A stretch of DNA of 64,000 nt. Source: Selaginella moellendorffii. Its lineage: Eukaryota > Plantae > Lycopodiophyta. Location: positions 881,379 to 945,378 of the forward strand of contig NW_003314324.1 of assembly GCF_000143415.4 (NCBI RefSeq), in the 5' to 3' direction. A program made the translations under genes and the position numbers. Position 1 is the stretch's first letter, and every line of letters starts with the position of its first letter. The notes below the pieces were generated by a model. That model searched no databases and was not told the origin of the DNA. It was given only the letters and a program-made list of their open reading frames with translations. This document shows positions 1 through 11,513 of the stretch, piece after piece.

Positions 1-80
1 AGTGAGAACGCCGCTTCTCCCGGGATTTTGGATGATCCCGGCAATTTCCCGCGAATTAGGGTTCTTATGCTATGGTTTAT

Positions 81-1791
81 TCATTTCGCCATAGCCCGGA
101 ATCTGTAGCAGCGGACACACACAAGAAACAAGCCAAGATCAGTGGCGACGAGCGCCGCCAAGAGCCAGAAGAAGTAGTCCATATGGTGATCGATCCAGCT
201 CCCGCGTCCGCCACCCTTGCTCGTGATCTTCTCCACCGCAGCAACAAGAACACTACTGAGATAACTCCCTAAAGCATTTGTAGCGAGCGACAGCGCACCG
301 ATCAAACTCCGCATTGCCTCGGGGGACTCCTCGTTGAAGAACTCGGTCCTCCCGGCAAACGCAAACACTCCAGCGGTGCCCACTAGAAAATACTGTGGCA
401 CCTGCCAGAGTATACTCACCTGGTGAACCATTGCGTGCGTTTCCACCACCCCCGCCACAACCATGGCCACCATCGCCAGTAAAAGCCCCAGGCCCATCCT
501 TTGCAAGCCGGTCAACCCACTCTGTTGACCGGCCAACCTGCGAAGAACTGGGACGAGAAGCCTCTCGTAGAGCGGCACTGTGAGAATGACGGCGATGGTG
601 TCAAATGCTGCGAGCGATGCCGGGGGGACTTTGAAGCCGGATATGCGGTTGCGCATTTCTTGCCCCTGCTGCACGAACAGCGTCGAGGTCTGAATGAAAA
701 CGGTGGAGAAGATGATGCTCGTCGCCCACACTGGCATCAAGCGCAGGATGATCTTCACCTCCTCGATCTGCGTTACCGTGCATAACCTCCATCCCGTCGG
801 TGGTGAGTTCCCAAACGCTGTTTGCTCATCGCGAGCGATGGCTGCCGCCTTGTCGAGAAATCCAAATCCAGCAGTGTGCTGAATCTGCTGACTTCCTGGA
901 ATGCTGGAACTCTCCCCTTGTAGCTCATAGAGGGTTGCATTTGCATGCTCGACTTCTATCCTTGCACTTCTGTTTCTGGCAGCGGCAACGAAAACTTGTG
1001 CCACCCTGGTTAGCGGGCTCCCACCCGGTTGCTTGTGCTTGTACCGCGGCCAGCCCATGAGAAAGATCATGGCGGACGCCGTGACCGCCACTGTGGGGAT
1101 GGCGAACCCGAGCGGCCAGCTTACTTCCTGCTGGACATATACCAGAGCTGTTCCCGCAATCAGACCTCCGATGTTGGTGAAGAAGTAGCTCCAGTTGAAG
1201 AAGCTGGCCTTGTTGCTTGCTGGATCATCAGACTCTTCCAGTTGAAAAGCACCGAATGATGAAATGCAAGACCTTGGTCCACCGGATCCCACGGCTATGA
1301 CGTATAACGCTGTGTAAAGCAAGGCCGGGTTTACTGTTTTGCTGCAAGTATGTGATCCAGTGCTATGGCATGTAGGGTGTAGCAAAGTTGACAAGGTTAG
1401 CAAGATCATACCCTGTGAGTGTAAGGTTGGGCAAAGGTGAGTCTAGAGTGTCTGTGTTTCTTACCGGCAAGTAGATACCGAAAAAGGCGTTGATCGTCCG
1501 AAACTGGCCGAGGTAAGAGTCTGCAAGGAATCCACCCAGTAGAGGGGTAAGATTACAGGTTCCCATCCAGTTTGAGACTGCGTTTGCCGCACTGGCTCTG
1601 GATACGTGAAGCTTGCTAGACATGTAAATCACCATGTTTGCTACAATGCCGTAGTATGCGAGCCGTTCCATGGAGAGAGAAACTAGAAACGCAGAGAAAT
1701 TAAGAAAGCCATTCAATCCTTATGGGAAACGAAGCGTACCAAGGATGAATTTGCAAGCCCACCATCCAGCAGCTCCATGGTGGATGATCAT
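81..1791 (-). CDS. NRT1/PTR family (NPF) transporter, 3 exons (1791-1740, 1682-1465, 1412-81)
   Basis: Spliced frame MIIHHGAAGWWACKFIL|VSLSMERLAYYG (ExxER-like), GGFLADSYLG, FFNW, LCTVTQIEEVK, WQVPQYFL and EFFNEESPEAMRS. GT-AG introns at 1683-1739 and 1413-1464 keep the frame. Confidence 0.93.
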
Positions 1792-2597
1792 TTAGGATAA
1801 ACAAAGCTATCGTAAGAACCCTAAGAACATAAAATCTTCTGCTCAGCTATTCTAAGTCTAGTCCGGTGGTTTTCGGATTCAACGAAGTAGCAAAATTCAA
1901 TTTTGCGCAATAGATTGTCCTCTTAGAGGCTTGAACCACAGGACTGCCGCCTCGTCTTCCTTCCTGAAGAGCCTAACACCGTGGAAGCCAACGTTCAGAA
2001 ATTTTGAACTTGAGATGAAGAATTACTCGTCGCGCCCACGCCTTTGCAGTCTCCTTGTTAATCCTTGCCAGTGGAGGACTCCACCAAAGCTCCGCCTGGC
2101 GATCCATGCAAGACGGAGCTTCTGGCGTGCTTGTTGATCTCCCGAGTGGTGACAATGGGTCAAGTACGTTGGCAATGGCAAGTGGCTCACAACCTCAATG
2201 TTTGGGTGCTTGGATCTAAAGACACTCTCCTGGGTGGTACAACTCTTGTCTGTGATCTTTGCGAGCCTTGCAAATGCCCCAAGAAGGCATCTTAGAATCT
2301 TTGGACATTCTACATTGCTCAAGCTGGATTGGATCGTTTAGCACTGCCTTCAAATCTTTCATAGCTCTTTGACGGCTCTGACAAATGTTGGTGTAACAAA
2401 TATGATAAGATCTTATGTATGGGCCTAAGCTGTGGGGGTTTGTGCTCCAATAAAATAATTTAAAAAATTATTAACTTGCTTGGTGTGGAAGTTGAGATTG
2501 GAAAGCTTGTGAATCCATTTAGGGCTTTTAGGCATGTGACTAATGCTTCATTGAGTTATACATGTTTGTTGATGAAAACATTCTTTAGATCCTTAGT

Positions 2598-3116
2598 TGT
2601 AACACATGTTATCCCTATTAAAAAGAGTAATTAATTGATGAAAGAGCCTTTAATAAATACTTTAACCCTATTTATTTTCTAAAGTTATAAAGATTTATGG
2701 TGATAATATATTTAAATCTTTATTTCATGATCATATGCACTATTTCCTTCTTAAAGGTTATTAGTGAATAGTCAATGAGGACACTGACATTTATTGAGCC
2801 AATGAAAACTAACACTTCAATTTTCACATTGAATTTACTAATTATTTTAGCTTTACAAAACAAAGGATGTAATCATGGATATTCAGTATGTATAATTTCA
2901 ATTTTAAAGGTAAAGATATACTTTATTTAAGAATAATGATCAATTGCTCCAATATTATATATTGCCTTATCTCTTTCACTTTAAGCCAATAAAAAATGTG
3001 CAATTTTTTAACAAGAGAGTCTTTAATATTTATTTTATCCTTATTTATCCCACAAAGTTTTAAAAATCCACAGTGATAGTATATTCAAATTTCATCCCAT
3101 GATCACATATGCTACA
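2598..3116 (-). mobile_element. Degenerate TRIM, same family as 26800-27511
   Basis: 2960-3116 matches the 162-bp LTR (ATCCACAGTGATAGTATATTCAAAT.TCATCCCATGATCACA). 2790-2840 matches that element's internal region. A second, more decayed LTR lies at ~2598-2742. Confidence 0.75.
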
Positions 3117-3149
3117 TTAATTTAACATCATGATTTTAGTCCTATCATT

Positions 3150-4200
3150 TTATAAGTTTCTTAAATTGGATTTATTGGAATATCACTCAATCTCAGTATA
3201 AATCAAACTAAAAGACACTTTATAATTTAAGACCAAGTTAAAAAGATAGCAAGAAGATCTTCATTCACAATATTCATGAACTTTAATTTCATTGCCTTAT
3301 CATTTATAAAATTATATTTTACAAAGATGCTAATAAATGTGGTTATAATAGCTAGATCCTAAAGTTTATATCCTTTACAACTAAAAACTTTTTGCTCTTA
3401 GGATCAAACTTTTTATGTAGCTAATTTAAGATGCAAGTAAAAGTTAAACATATAAAATGTAATATGTTAGACTTCCTTTCAGACTACACTTCTTTAGAGT
3501 CTACCTACCTTTAAACACAATAATAAGTAATTAATTTTGGACATGCATCACTATAACAAATGTTTGTTGTCAAAATTCTTTACTCAACTTCACATTAAAA
3601 AGGAGGTTATATGCCACATTCACTAATGTTTAATTCTTTTGTTTAACAACTCCATTTTGATGTTGTATGTACCATGCAGTGACTTGATATTAAATCTTAT
3701 ATTCATGGCAAAAATCTTAAATTTCCTCTATCGATTCATAATATTTTGATCTTTCATTTAAACTTCATTTTAAAAAAAGTAATATAATGTTTCAACGCTT
3801 CCATAATTTCATCCTTTCCACACGAAAAATATGCAAATTTTGTGGCTAAAGTCATTAATGAAAGTCCATGAAGTACTTTGCACCAAAATGGCTAAGAATA
3901 TCCATCAACCCTCAATGGTGCAGAAGACTTACAAAAGTTTTACATGATTGTACCCTTGAGATCCAAACCCTTCACCATATGCTTTGCAACTGCAAAACTT
4001 TGTGATTTATGTGTCTAAAGCAATAATGCTAAAGATGAGTTTTGTCATTAGACACTTACTTAACATTTGTCACTTGCTACTTGTGAGAGGACACTTCATA
4101 CCCACAGAATAATTTCTTCTCAATAAGTCAAAAGTCTATGAAGAAATATTCACTATCAAATATCAATACAATGTTGTTAATGCACTTTAGCTACTTGTAG
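3150..4200 (-). mobile_element. Heavily decayed AT-rich retroelement relic (probable Ty3 pol)
   Basis: No ORF. Only faint, stop-riddled pol-like pieces and a composition like the other relics in this window. Confidence 0.3.
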
Positions 4201-4987
4201 TGATATTTTAGACATTCCTTGCTTAAATAGCCTTTATATTTTCTATTATATAGATGCTAACAAGATTGGAAGACCAGAAAGCATGTATTTAGGAGAAAGG
4301 ATGCAAGGTAGAAGAGAAGAAGGTGAAAGTGGTTGAGAAAGCTTGTATTATAGAAGAGAAAAAGGTTGAAAATTTTTGCTGTGCACAAGAAAAAGAAGAT
4401 GAAGTGACAAGAAAAAAAGCATTTACCTGAAGAGAAGAAAGGGGAGGCAATCAAAAAGAAAATGCTAACTAAAGTGAAGCAATTGAAAGACAACTACCTC
4501 AGAAATGCAGCCCTGAAGAAACCAAAACGAAGGCACATCTTGCAGATTCTGGATTCCCCTGAAGAATGGAAGGGTTCTTTGACAGGCGCAAAAAAATGAC
4601 AATCTCAGCCAAATTTAGAAGTCTATTAATGACAAACCCATCTGGATTTCTTCACTATTTTTCAGCCAAATCTATCAAAATTTACCTATTCTTCTTCATT
4701 TAGGGCATAGCCAAGAGCCATCACGACAAACTGGGTTATGGCCAAAGAACAATAGTTTTCCTATTAAATATCTTTTTAATCAAATATCAAACCATCCTTA
4801 AAATTAAACATGGCCCAGAATAACGGCTCTTTCTTGTCTCACAGGGATCTTACAGCTGGGAGTTCCCTAATCAGACATGGCACAGAAGCCCATACCAAGC
4901 CAAAGAAGCTCTCTTCAGCACAAAAGTTATATCACAGACCAATACTTAGAAACATAGATGTTTGTAGAGTAATTATATTTGTGTAAT

Positions 4988-5051
4988 GTCAGGCGGCAAA
5001 CTCAAGTTCTGCTCCTCTGACGAGGGGTGGGTTCAAATCCCACTTCTGACA
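4988..5051 (+). pseudogene. tRNA-Leu(CAA) pseudogene lacking the D arm
   Basis: GTCAGG-CGGCAAACTCAAGTTCTGCTCCTCTGACGAGGGGTGGGTTCAAATCCCACTTCTGACA aligns to the intact tRNA at 10520-10603, with 19 nt deleted between two AGG triplets. Confidence 0.88.
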
Positions 5052-5598
5052 AGTTTCTTTGACTTTGAATCGGTGGAACCGTCAATTCCATGTCACAAAC
5101 AAATTATTCGACATAAAGTACGAAACTGGGAAGAGATTACTAGCCAGCTCACGCAAAAAGAAATTATTTTGAGGGCGTGGGGTGAGCTCGAAGCAGCACT
5201 GAACCCACCATCCCGCCAACCGTTGTGTTGAAGAACAGATCCGGAGCTACATTGGCTTTGCTCGGTTGTGTATTTAAGACTGACAAGTTAAAGTCGAATG
5301 ACTAGAATCTAGATATTATCCTCAACAAAAGGTACGCATGAGGTGGCCTCAGTAACGTGGCTAGTTTCAGGGCGGTGCCATCATCTGTTCCAACCTCAAA
5401 AACTCAACTCAACTGTTGAAAATTGTGTGGCAGAGTTAAAAAAATTTGAGACAACAGGTGCATTTTTATGTCACTAAACAGATTAAGGAGAGAGTTTCAA
5501 CCCCAAAAACAAGGTGTCAAACACATTGAACGAGATTCCTTATTCGAATCATACAGATAGTAGTTACTACAGGATTACACGAGAGAGATCCCAATTAC

Positions 5599-5844
5599 CT
5601 AGGGTGAAGCACAGCGGATTCTAGAGCAAGTCCCTTGTAATTCCTCGACCGTGCTTTGGAGGCGAGGACAGTAGTCCGCCTTGGGTCTGAGCGCAGGGCA
5701 ACAGGCACAGATATTCCCGCCTCTACGACAAGGAATTGGAAGCGAATCGATGCAGCGCTGAGCCGATGCCTGATTGTTGCCAACAAGGAGAAGCAACAGG
5801 AAACATGTTGCAGCAACAAGACTTGCCAAATGTGAAGCCTTCAT
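5599..5844 (-). CDS. Small secreted cysteine-rich peptide (81 aa, 8 Cys in the mature part)
   Basis: Signal-peptide-like MKASHLASLVAATCFLLLLLVGNNQASA. Mature spacing C-x7-C-x6-C-x-CC-x9-C-x13-C-x4-C. TATA-like TTTAAATA about 40 bp upstream. Confidence 0.8.
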   Translation of the reverse strand: MKASHLASLVAATCFLLLLLVGNNQASAQRCIDSLPIPCRRGGNICACCPALRPKADYCPRLQSTVEELQGTCSRIRCASP

Positions 5845-6056
5845 CTTTTGCTACACAGAGGAGTTTCACAATGGGAATTGGAGTATTTAAAGAAACTTTG
5901 AGCCGCCTCTATGGACTTTGGCAACTCTCCCGTCAAGTCAAGTTACGGCGCCACGTCGTTTAAACCATTTAGTCAACAAAGTCAGCGCTACTAGTCCAGG
6001 GTTCGAATCCCTACGCCCCCAGCGTAAGAGCCCTAATCACAGAGGTTTATTCCACG

Positions 6057-7554
6057 ATGAAGGCGCCTATCGCGCTCGCGAGGGGCGGGGAATTGGGGCT
6101 GGCGGCTGTCGCCTACATTCTCGTGGATTATCTCCGTGTCGTGGCGCCGGGGCTGCACGACGCGCTGCGGCCGATTCTCTGGGGATCGCTCGCGCTTGGA
6201 GCTGCATCGCGAGCTCCGTGGTACCCTCACTGGCCCGCGGAGATACGGAGCGCGCTTCTCTTCGTCGCCTGCCTTGTTTTCATGCTCTCCTGCCTCGTCG
6301 TCGAGGCGATCTCTGTCCAGTTCGTGACGAGCGTCCTCGGGCTGGATTGGCACGGGTAAGAAACTATAGGCAGAAGCGAAATATTTGTGGTCTGATGGCT
6401 ATGCGTTTTGCCAGATCCGCGAAACCTCTACCGGATATGGGGCAGTGGCTCTTACTGGCTCTCAACGAGCGCCTCCCGGGATTTCTCGTCGAGGTTCTGC
6501 GAGCACCGATCATAGGTTTGCACCATTACCTCATGCTCTTTATAATGCTGGGATTCTCCGTGCTCTTTGGATGCGTTAGAGCTCCGGGGCTCGCGCTGGG
6601 TGCCAGATATCTTTTCACAATGGGTGTGGGAAGGCTTCTCAGGGTGGTCACGTTTCTCGGGACTATACTCCCTTCTGCGAGGCCCTGGTGTGCTAGAGCA
6701 AGATTTAGAGTCCCCGACCATCCTCATCCTTGGGCACAGAAATACTATGTTCCTTACTCTTCTGATCCAAGCGCGATCGCTCGGCTCCTACGTGAAGACT
6801 CGGCCTACGGTAGGAGAAGAGTGTTCCTTGTTTCCGTCTTAATGGCGTATTTGTTTTCGCAGATCAAGCAGCTGAGTACCCAGCTGAGTACGTTCCAAAC
6901 TGGGGACGAATGCAATTCCTAGCCAACTTTCTCAGGCCGGTTGATCCAAATGCCGCCAACTTCAAAGAGGAATCGTGGTTCAACACTTTGAAGAGAGCTG
7001 GAGGAGGCTGCAATGATCTCGTTTTCAGCGGCCACATTCTCGTTTCAGTGCTCACTGCCATGGCATGGACTGTAAGTACAAGGATCAATTTTTCTTTTTC
7101 ATGTTTTCTCGTTCTCAAGTGACTACCCTCTCAGGAAGCCTACCCGGGATGGTCTTCGGTTTTCATCTGGCTTCTCGTCGCACACTCGTCGCAGCGAGAG
7201 ATACGAGAGCGGCATCACTACAGTGTGGATGTCGTGTCTGGCATCTATGTGGGGATTCTACTCTGGAGGACAACTGGTTTCATCTGGTCAGCTGTAGACA
7301 GGCATTGGTCTCGTGGAGTGGATCTGGAACTGACGCAGATCGAGGACGGACTGGCCAAGGCCGCCAAGGATGCAGACCTGGACAAGATCCGGGTTCTAGT
7401 TGAGCAGCTTCAGTCGCTCAGGCAGGGAAAGGAATCAAGCCAGCCGAAGAAGTCCGAGCCTTCACAGCGAGTACTTTGGGTGTTTGGAGGCAGCATTCTA
7501 GTGTCTACTTTGGGCTTGGTGCTGCTAGCATTCAGCTGGACTGCAGACGGGTAG
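6057..7554 (+). CDS. Sphingomyelin-synthase-like / PAP2_C membrane protein (PLM/At1g43580-like), 4 exons (6057-6355, 6415-6809, 6863-7071, 7135-7554)
   Basis: GT-AG introns give one frame with PLPDMG, LLRVVTFLGTILPS, GGGCNDLVFSGH and RHHYSVDV, the SMS/IPCS-type catalytic motifs. Confidence 0.9.
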
Positions 7555-7622
7555 GAAACAAGCGGCGCTACAGGGTCTAGGGTAATGGCAGTTCTCGGCT
7601 TCTGATCGAAGCCCATGCTGGG

Positions 7623-10388
7623 ATGCACTGCCGGAGGTTTGGTTCTCTGAAAGACCCAAGAGCAAAGATATCCAAGTTGCTGGCTGGGCTTAAAGAGTCT
7701 ACTAGAGCAAGGGATTTGGAAAGAGGGAAGATAATCCATGCAGAAGCCGCTGGGACAGGAGAGGAGTTGAACACGTTCGTGGCTAGCTCGCTCATCAATA
7801 TGTATGCCAAATGTGGGAGCATGGAGGATGCTCGCAAGGTCTTTGATAAGTCTTCTCCACAGGACGTGTTTCTATGGACAGCGCTGTTGTCTGGGTATGT
7901 TGACAGCGGGGAAGCCGAGATAGCTCTGGGGTTGTTCTCGCGGATGAAGGCAAGCAGGTGTGAACCGAGTGGCCATACTTACGCTGCAGTTCTCAAGGCC
8001 TGCTCCAGCGTAGCTAGCAAAGAAGTTGGCAGTCAAGTCGAAGGAAGGGTCATGAAGCTTGCTGCTTTGCGGCAAGGGATGGGTGTTCATTGCGAAGCTG
8101 CCAAGAGAGGCTGCGTTGATATGGTGGTGGCGAATATGTTGGTGGATACGTATGCAAGATGTGGGAGCTTGTGGGACTCTCGAGGCGTTTTTGACCAGAT
8201 GCGATATCACGATGTGGTGTCGTGGACGTCACTGGTCTGGGGTTATTCACAACATGAGGAGTTTGAAGTGGCCTTGGAACTCTTCTCGTGCATGATGACA
8301 ACAAGGTGTGTACCGAATGCTCGTTCTTTTGTGGTCGCGCTAAAGGCGTGCTCTGGTATGGCAGTGAACAAAGACTCCAAGCAGGAAACGCTGGAAACAG
8401 GAAGAGCTATTCACTCACACGCAACAAAGTTGCGATTGGACTCCGAGGTAGCCGTGCGGAGCTGCTTAATCGAGATGTACTTTCAGTGTGGAAGCGTGGA
8501 GGATGCTCGGAAAGTCTTCGAGAGTACTCAGAACCATGACGTCGCGTCATGGAACACAATGCTGCTGGGATATGCTCGGGATGGTGAGGAAGAAGCGGCT
8601 TTCCAGCTATTCGAGCGGATGAAGTCAACTGGCATACATCCAAACGCTCAGACGTATTTGGCTGCACTCAGAGCCTGCACAAACGTGATAGCAAGAGAAG
8701 AAGCGAAGCAGGGCGACTTGAAGGTGGTGGCTTTGGCGAAAGGCATTGAGATTCACTCGGGAGCCGAGAAGAATGGACTCGTCTCAGACAAGCTGGTGGC
8801 AAGCAGTCTCATCGACATGTACGCGAAATGCGGGGAGATGAGGGAGGCTCGGCGTACTTTCGACCGTTTACAGCAGCGCGACGTGGTGGTGTGGACGACT
8901 TTGATACTGGGATACACTCAGAACGGTCAGCCGGAGTTAGCTCTTCATCTGTACGAGCAGATGCTTGAGACGTGTGTACCGGATTCCCAATGCTTCGTTG
9001 CGGCACTCAAGGCGTGTGTTCTCCTCGCAACGAAAAACGAGCAGTCTTCAAAGGCTTTATCTCTGGAGAAAGGCTCGTTTATCGGCTCTCAAGCTGCGAA
9101 AGCTGGCTGTGAGTCCGATGCGTTTGTGGGAGCCGCGCTGGTCGACTTGTACACAAGGTGTGGCAGCATGGACAATGCTCGGCACGTCTTCGACAAGCTG
9201 CACAGTCCCGGTGCGGTCTCCTGGACGTCGATGATAGCCGGATATGCTCAGAAGGGACAGTGCGAGGTGGCTATCCAGGAATTCTATCGGATGCAACTGG
9301 AGGGCTGTTTACCAGTGACGCAGACTTACATTGCGGCACTCAAGGCATGCAGTGGCCAGGCAGCGAAGGAAGAAAGCAGGCGCGAAGATGGAAGGCTTCT
9401 CAAAGTCCAGTCTTTGAAACGAACCAGGGCGGTACACTCCCAAGCTACAGCCACAGGATTCGGCCTCGACGCTTACGTTGCAAGCACGCTGGTGGATTCG
9501 TACTCGAAGTGTGGGAGCATGTTCGATGCGCACAGAGTCTGTGCCAGCACTGAGGACAGCGTGGTTGCTTGGACGGCTTTGGTCCTCGGCTACGTCCAAA
9601 ACTTGGACAGTGAAGCGGCTCTGGAAGCGTTTGCAGAGATGCGATCCCGAGGCTGTCAACCGGACTCCCAGCTCCTGGGTGCCGTGCTCAAGGCCTGCAG
9701 CGACGTTGCAGCGGTGGAAGGCGGCAGAGAAGTCCATGCCTTGGTTCTCAGGCGTGGATTCGAGAGCAATGCCGAGATCACGAACGCTCTGGTGGACCTG
9801 TATGGGAAGTCCGGATTGATGCTGGAGGCTCAGCACCTCTTCGACTCCATCCCGGCATGCAAAAGCATCGAGACTTGGACGACGCTGATGGGAGGATACA
9901 GCCGGCTGGGAGACGCAAATCGTGTCTTTGATCTCCTTCACGCGATCCAGGAGAGCGGAGTGAAGCCGGACGGGATCACTTTCACGTATGTGCTCGCGGC
10001 TTGCAGCCATGCCGGGCTAGTCCGCCAGGGAACCGACTACTTCCGGCTCATGGTTTCCAAGTACCGCGTGGAGGCCGAGCTGGAACACTACCACGGCATG
10101 ATCGATTTGCTTGGGCGAGCTAACCGATTGGAGGAGGCTGTAGAGGTGGTGAGATCGATGCGGCTCCAGCCAACGGCAGTGACTTGGATGACGCTGCTGA
10201 GCTCGTGCAAGAAGTGGAAGAACGTTTGCATCGCGGAGCTCGCGTTTGGATCGCTGCTGGAGCTCGACCAGAGGCACTCCGCGGCTCACGTCTTGATGGG
10301 AAACATCTATGCGAGCGTGGGGATGTGGGAAAAGAAGCACAAACTACTTCATTCTATAGTGGAAGCTGGTTTAGCTCAAGACGGCTAG
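7623..10388 (+). CDS. Pentatricopeptide repeat protein, PLS class with E domain (921 aa)
   Basis: Intronless ORF with repeated LIxMYAKCG and DVVSWT motifs. It ends with ACSHAGL...HYHGMIDLLGRANRL...WMTLLSSC...AAHVLMGNIYA. No DYW domain. Confidence 0.95.
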   Translation: MHCRRFGSLKDPRAKISKLLAGLKESTRARDLERGKIIHAEAAGTGEELNTFVASSLINMYAKCGSMEDARKVFDKSSPQDVFLWTALLSGYVDSGEAEIALGLFSRMKASRCEPSGHTYAAVLKACSSVASKEVGSQVEGRVMKLAALRQGMGVHCEAAKRGCVDMVVANMLVDTYARCGSLWDSRGVFDQMRYHDVVSWTSLVWGYSQHEEFEVALELFSCMMTTRCVPNARSFVVALKACSGMAVNKDSKQETLETGRAIHSHATKLRLDSEVAVRSCLIEMYFQCGSVEDARKVFESTQNHDVASWNTMLLGYARDGEEEAAFQLFERMKSTGIHPNAQTYLAALRACTNVIAREEAKQGDLKVVALAKGIEIHSGAEKNGLVSDKLVASSLIDMYAKCGEMREARRTFDRLQQRDVVVWTTLILGYTQNGQPELALHLYEQMLETCVPDSQCFVAALKACVLLATKNEQSSKALSLEKGSFIGSQAAKAGCESDAFVGAALVDLYTRCGSMDNARHVFDKLHSPGAVSWTSMIAGYAQKGQCEVAIQEFYRMQLEGCLPVTQTYIAALKACSGQAAKEESRREDGRLLKVQSLKRTRAVHSQATATGFGLDAYVASTLVDSYSKCGSMFDAHRVCASTEDSVVAWTALVLGYVQNLDSEAALEAFAEMRSRGCQPDSQLLGAVLKACSDVAAVEGGREVHALVLRRGFESNAEITNALVDLYGKSGLMLEAQHLFDSIPACKSIETWTTLMGGYSRLGDANRVFDLLHAIQESGVKPDGITFTYVLAACSHAGLVRQGTDYFRLMVSKYRVEAELEHYHGMIDLLGRANRLEEAVEVVRSMRLQPTAVTWMTLLSSCKKWKNVCIAELAFGSLLELDQRHSAAHVLMGNIYASVGMWEKKHKLLHSIVEAGLAQDG

Positions 10389-10519
10389 AACTCGATCATC
10401 ACGTCTATGCGATCACCACCGGAAAAACGAGCACCACGATCTGATCCATCTCTATGTCGCGACTGGAACTCGCACATTGGCTCTACCATCTTTGTGAAGA
10501 CGGAAGAAAAAAAGCTTTT

Positions 10520-10603
10520 TGTCAGGAGTGGGATTTGAACCCACGCCCTCGCTAGAGGAGCAGAACTTGAGTCTGCCGCCTTAGACCGCTCGGCCATCCT
10601 GAC
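10520..10603 (-). tRNA. tRNA-Leu (anticodon CAA)
   Basis: GTCAGGATGGCCGAGCGGTCTAAGGCGGCAGACTCAAGTTCTGCTCCTCTAGCGAGGGCGTGGGTTCAAATCCCACTCCTGACA has acceptor, D, anticodon (GCAGA/TCTGC), long variable and T arms. An oligo-T Pol III terminator follows. Confidence 0.96.
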
Positions 10604-10604
10604 A

Positions 10605-10855
10605 TTACATAACATAATTCCTCGTGTCCATAATCCTTGTCCTTGTGATCATGATCTTTAGCCTCGTGCTTCTTGCAGAAGAAATTGATAATAATGTTGA
10701 TACTGCCAAAGGCTGGTTCTACGGCTACTGAATCCCCATCCACCTTGACGTTGCCTCCTTCCAAACTTGAGAGCTTCCTTCTACTTGAAGAAGAAGACGA
10801 CAATGCAAATGTGGAAAGTGGCAATTACAAACACAAAGAGCACTAAAACTTTCAT
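10605..10855 (-). pseudogene. Possible frameshifted small secreted-peptide gene
   Basis: TATA at ~10883-10888, then ATG at 10855 reading MKVLVLFVFVI. The likely continuation (LSTFALSSSSSSRRKLSS...KDHDHKDKDYGHEE) is in another frame. Confidence 0.35.
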
Positions 10856-11513
10856 ATATGGGCCTAATGGATTGCTAGGCCTTATATACAAATTTAGAGT
10901 ATGCATGCGTACAATTGTCCTTCTAGCAGAGGAAGACAAGAGAGAAAATCCGTAGAATGTTATTCTCAGTACACGGTAACATCAGCACACATGATCCAGT
11001 AAGTAATAAAAAAGTCTGACGCATTATATATACAAATCAGCATTGATGATTTCTAGAAAGAATTTTAAGTAAATTTTATGTCGATAGCAATATTTAAGTA
11101 CTCGACTTTAAGAATATAATATAATACATCTTGCTTCGTTACAGCTTCCTGGAGATCCCATCTGCAGACCTTCTTCGCGAGATCAGACTCCAGTCCATGG
11201 CGCAGAACAACTTGAACACATTGCGGGATTCGAATGGCACTCAAACCGGTGGACGGCCGTTCACTAAAGTGTAAGGTAGTAAAGTCACTCTGTAGCGGAT
11301 TTCTCAAACAGGGAGCCGAGGCGGGAAAGTAGTCAACACCTGATCCGAACCCAATTGTTTCATGTCTTGCTCCATGATACTTCAGATGGTCTCAGATCCA
11401 TTGGGCAAGTTGAATCCCAGAGTCTGATACTCTTCCTCTAACTGATCCTTGTACAGCGAACCCTCATATGCTAAATTTTATATGGAGCGCAATATTTCAA
11501 TACTTGGGAAGGA

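Noticed and set aside
4257-4600. Lys/Glu-rich or Phe-rich ORF
   Set aside because: Purine-rich low-complexity sequence with stops; no product can be supported.
5998-6012. tRNA gene suggested by AGGGTTCGAATCCCT
   Set aside because: Only a T-arm-like hairpin; no acceptor, D or anticodon arms could be built.
5918-6922. 334-aa ORF as a separate gene
   Set aside because: It is exon 2 of the PLM-like gene extended through introns and an off-frame part of exon 1.
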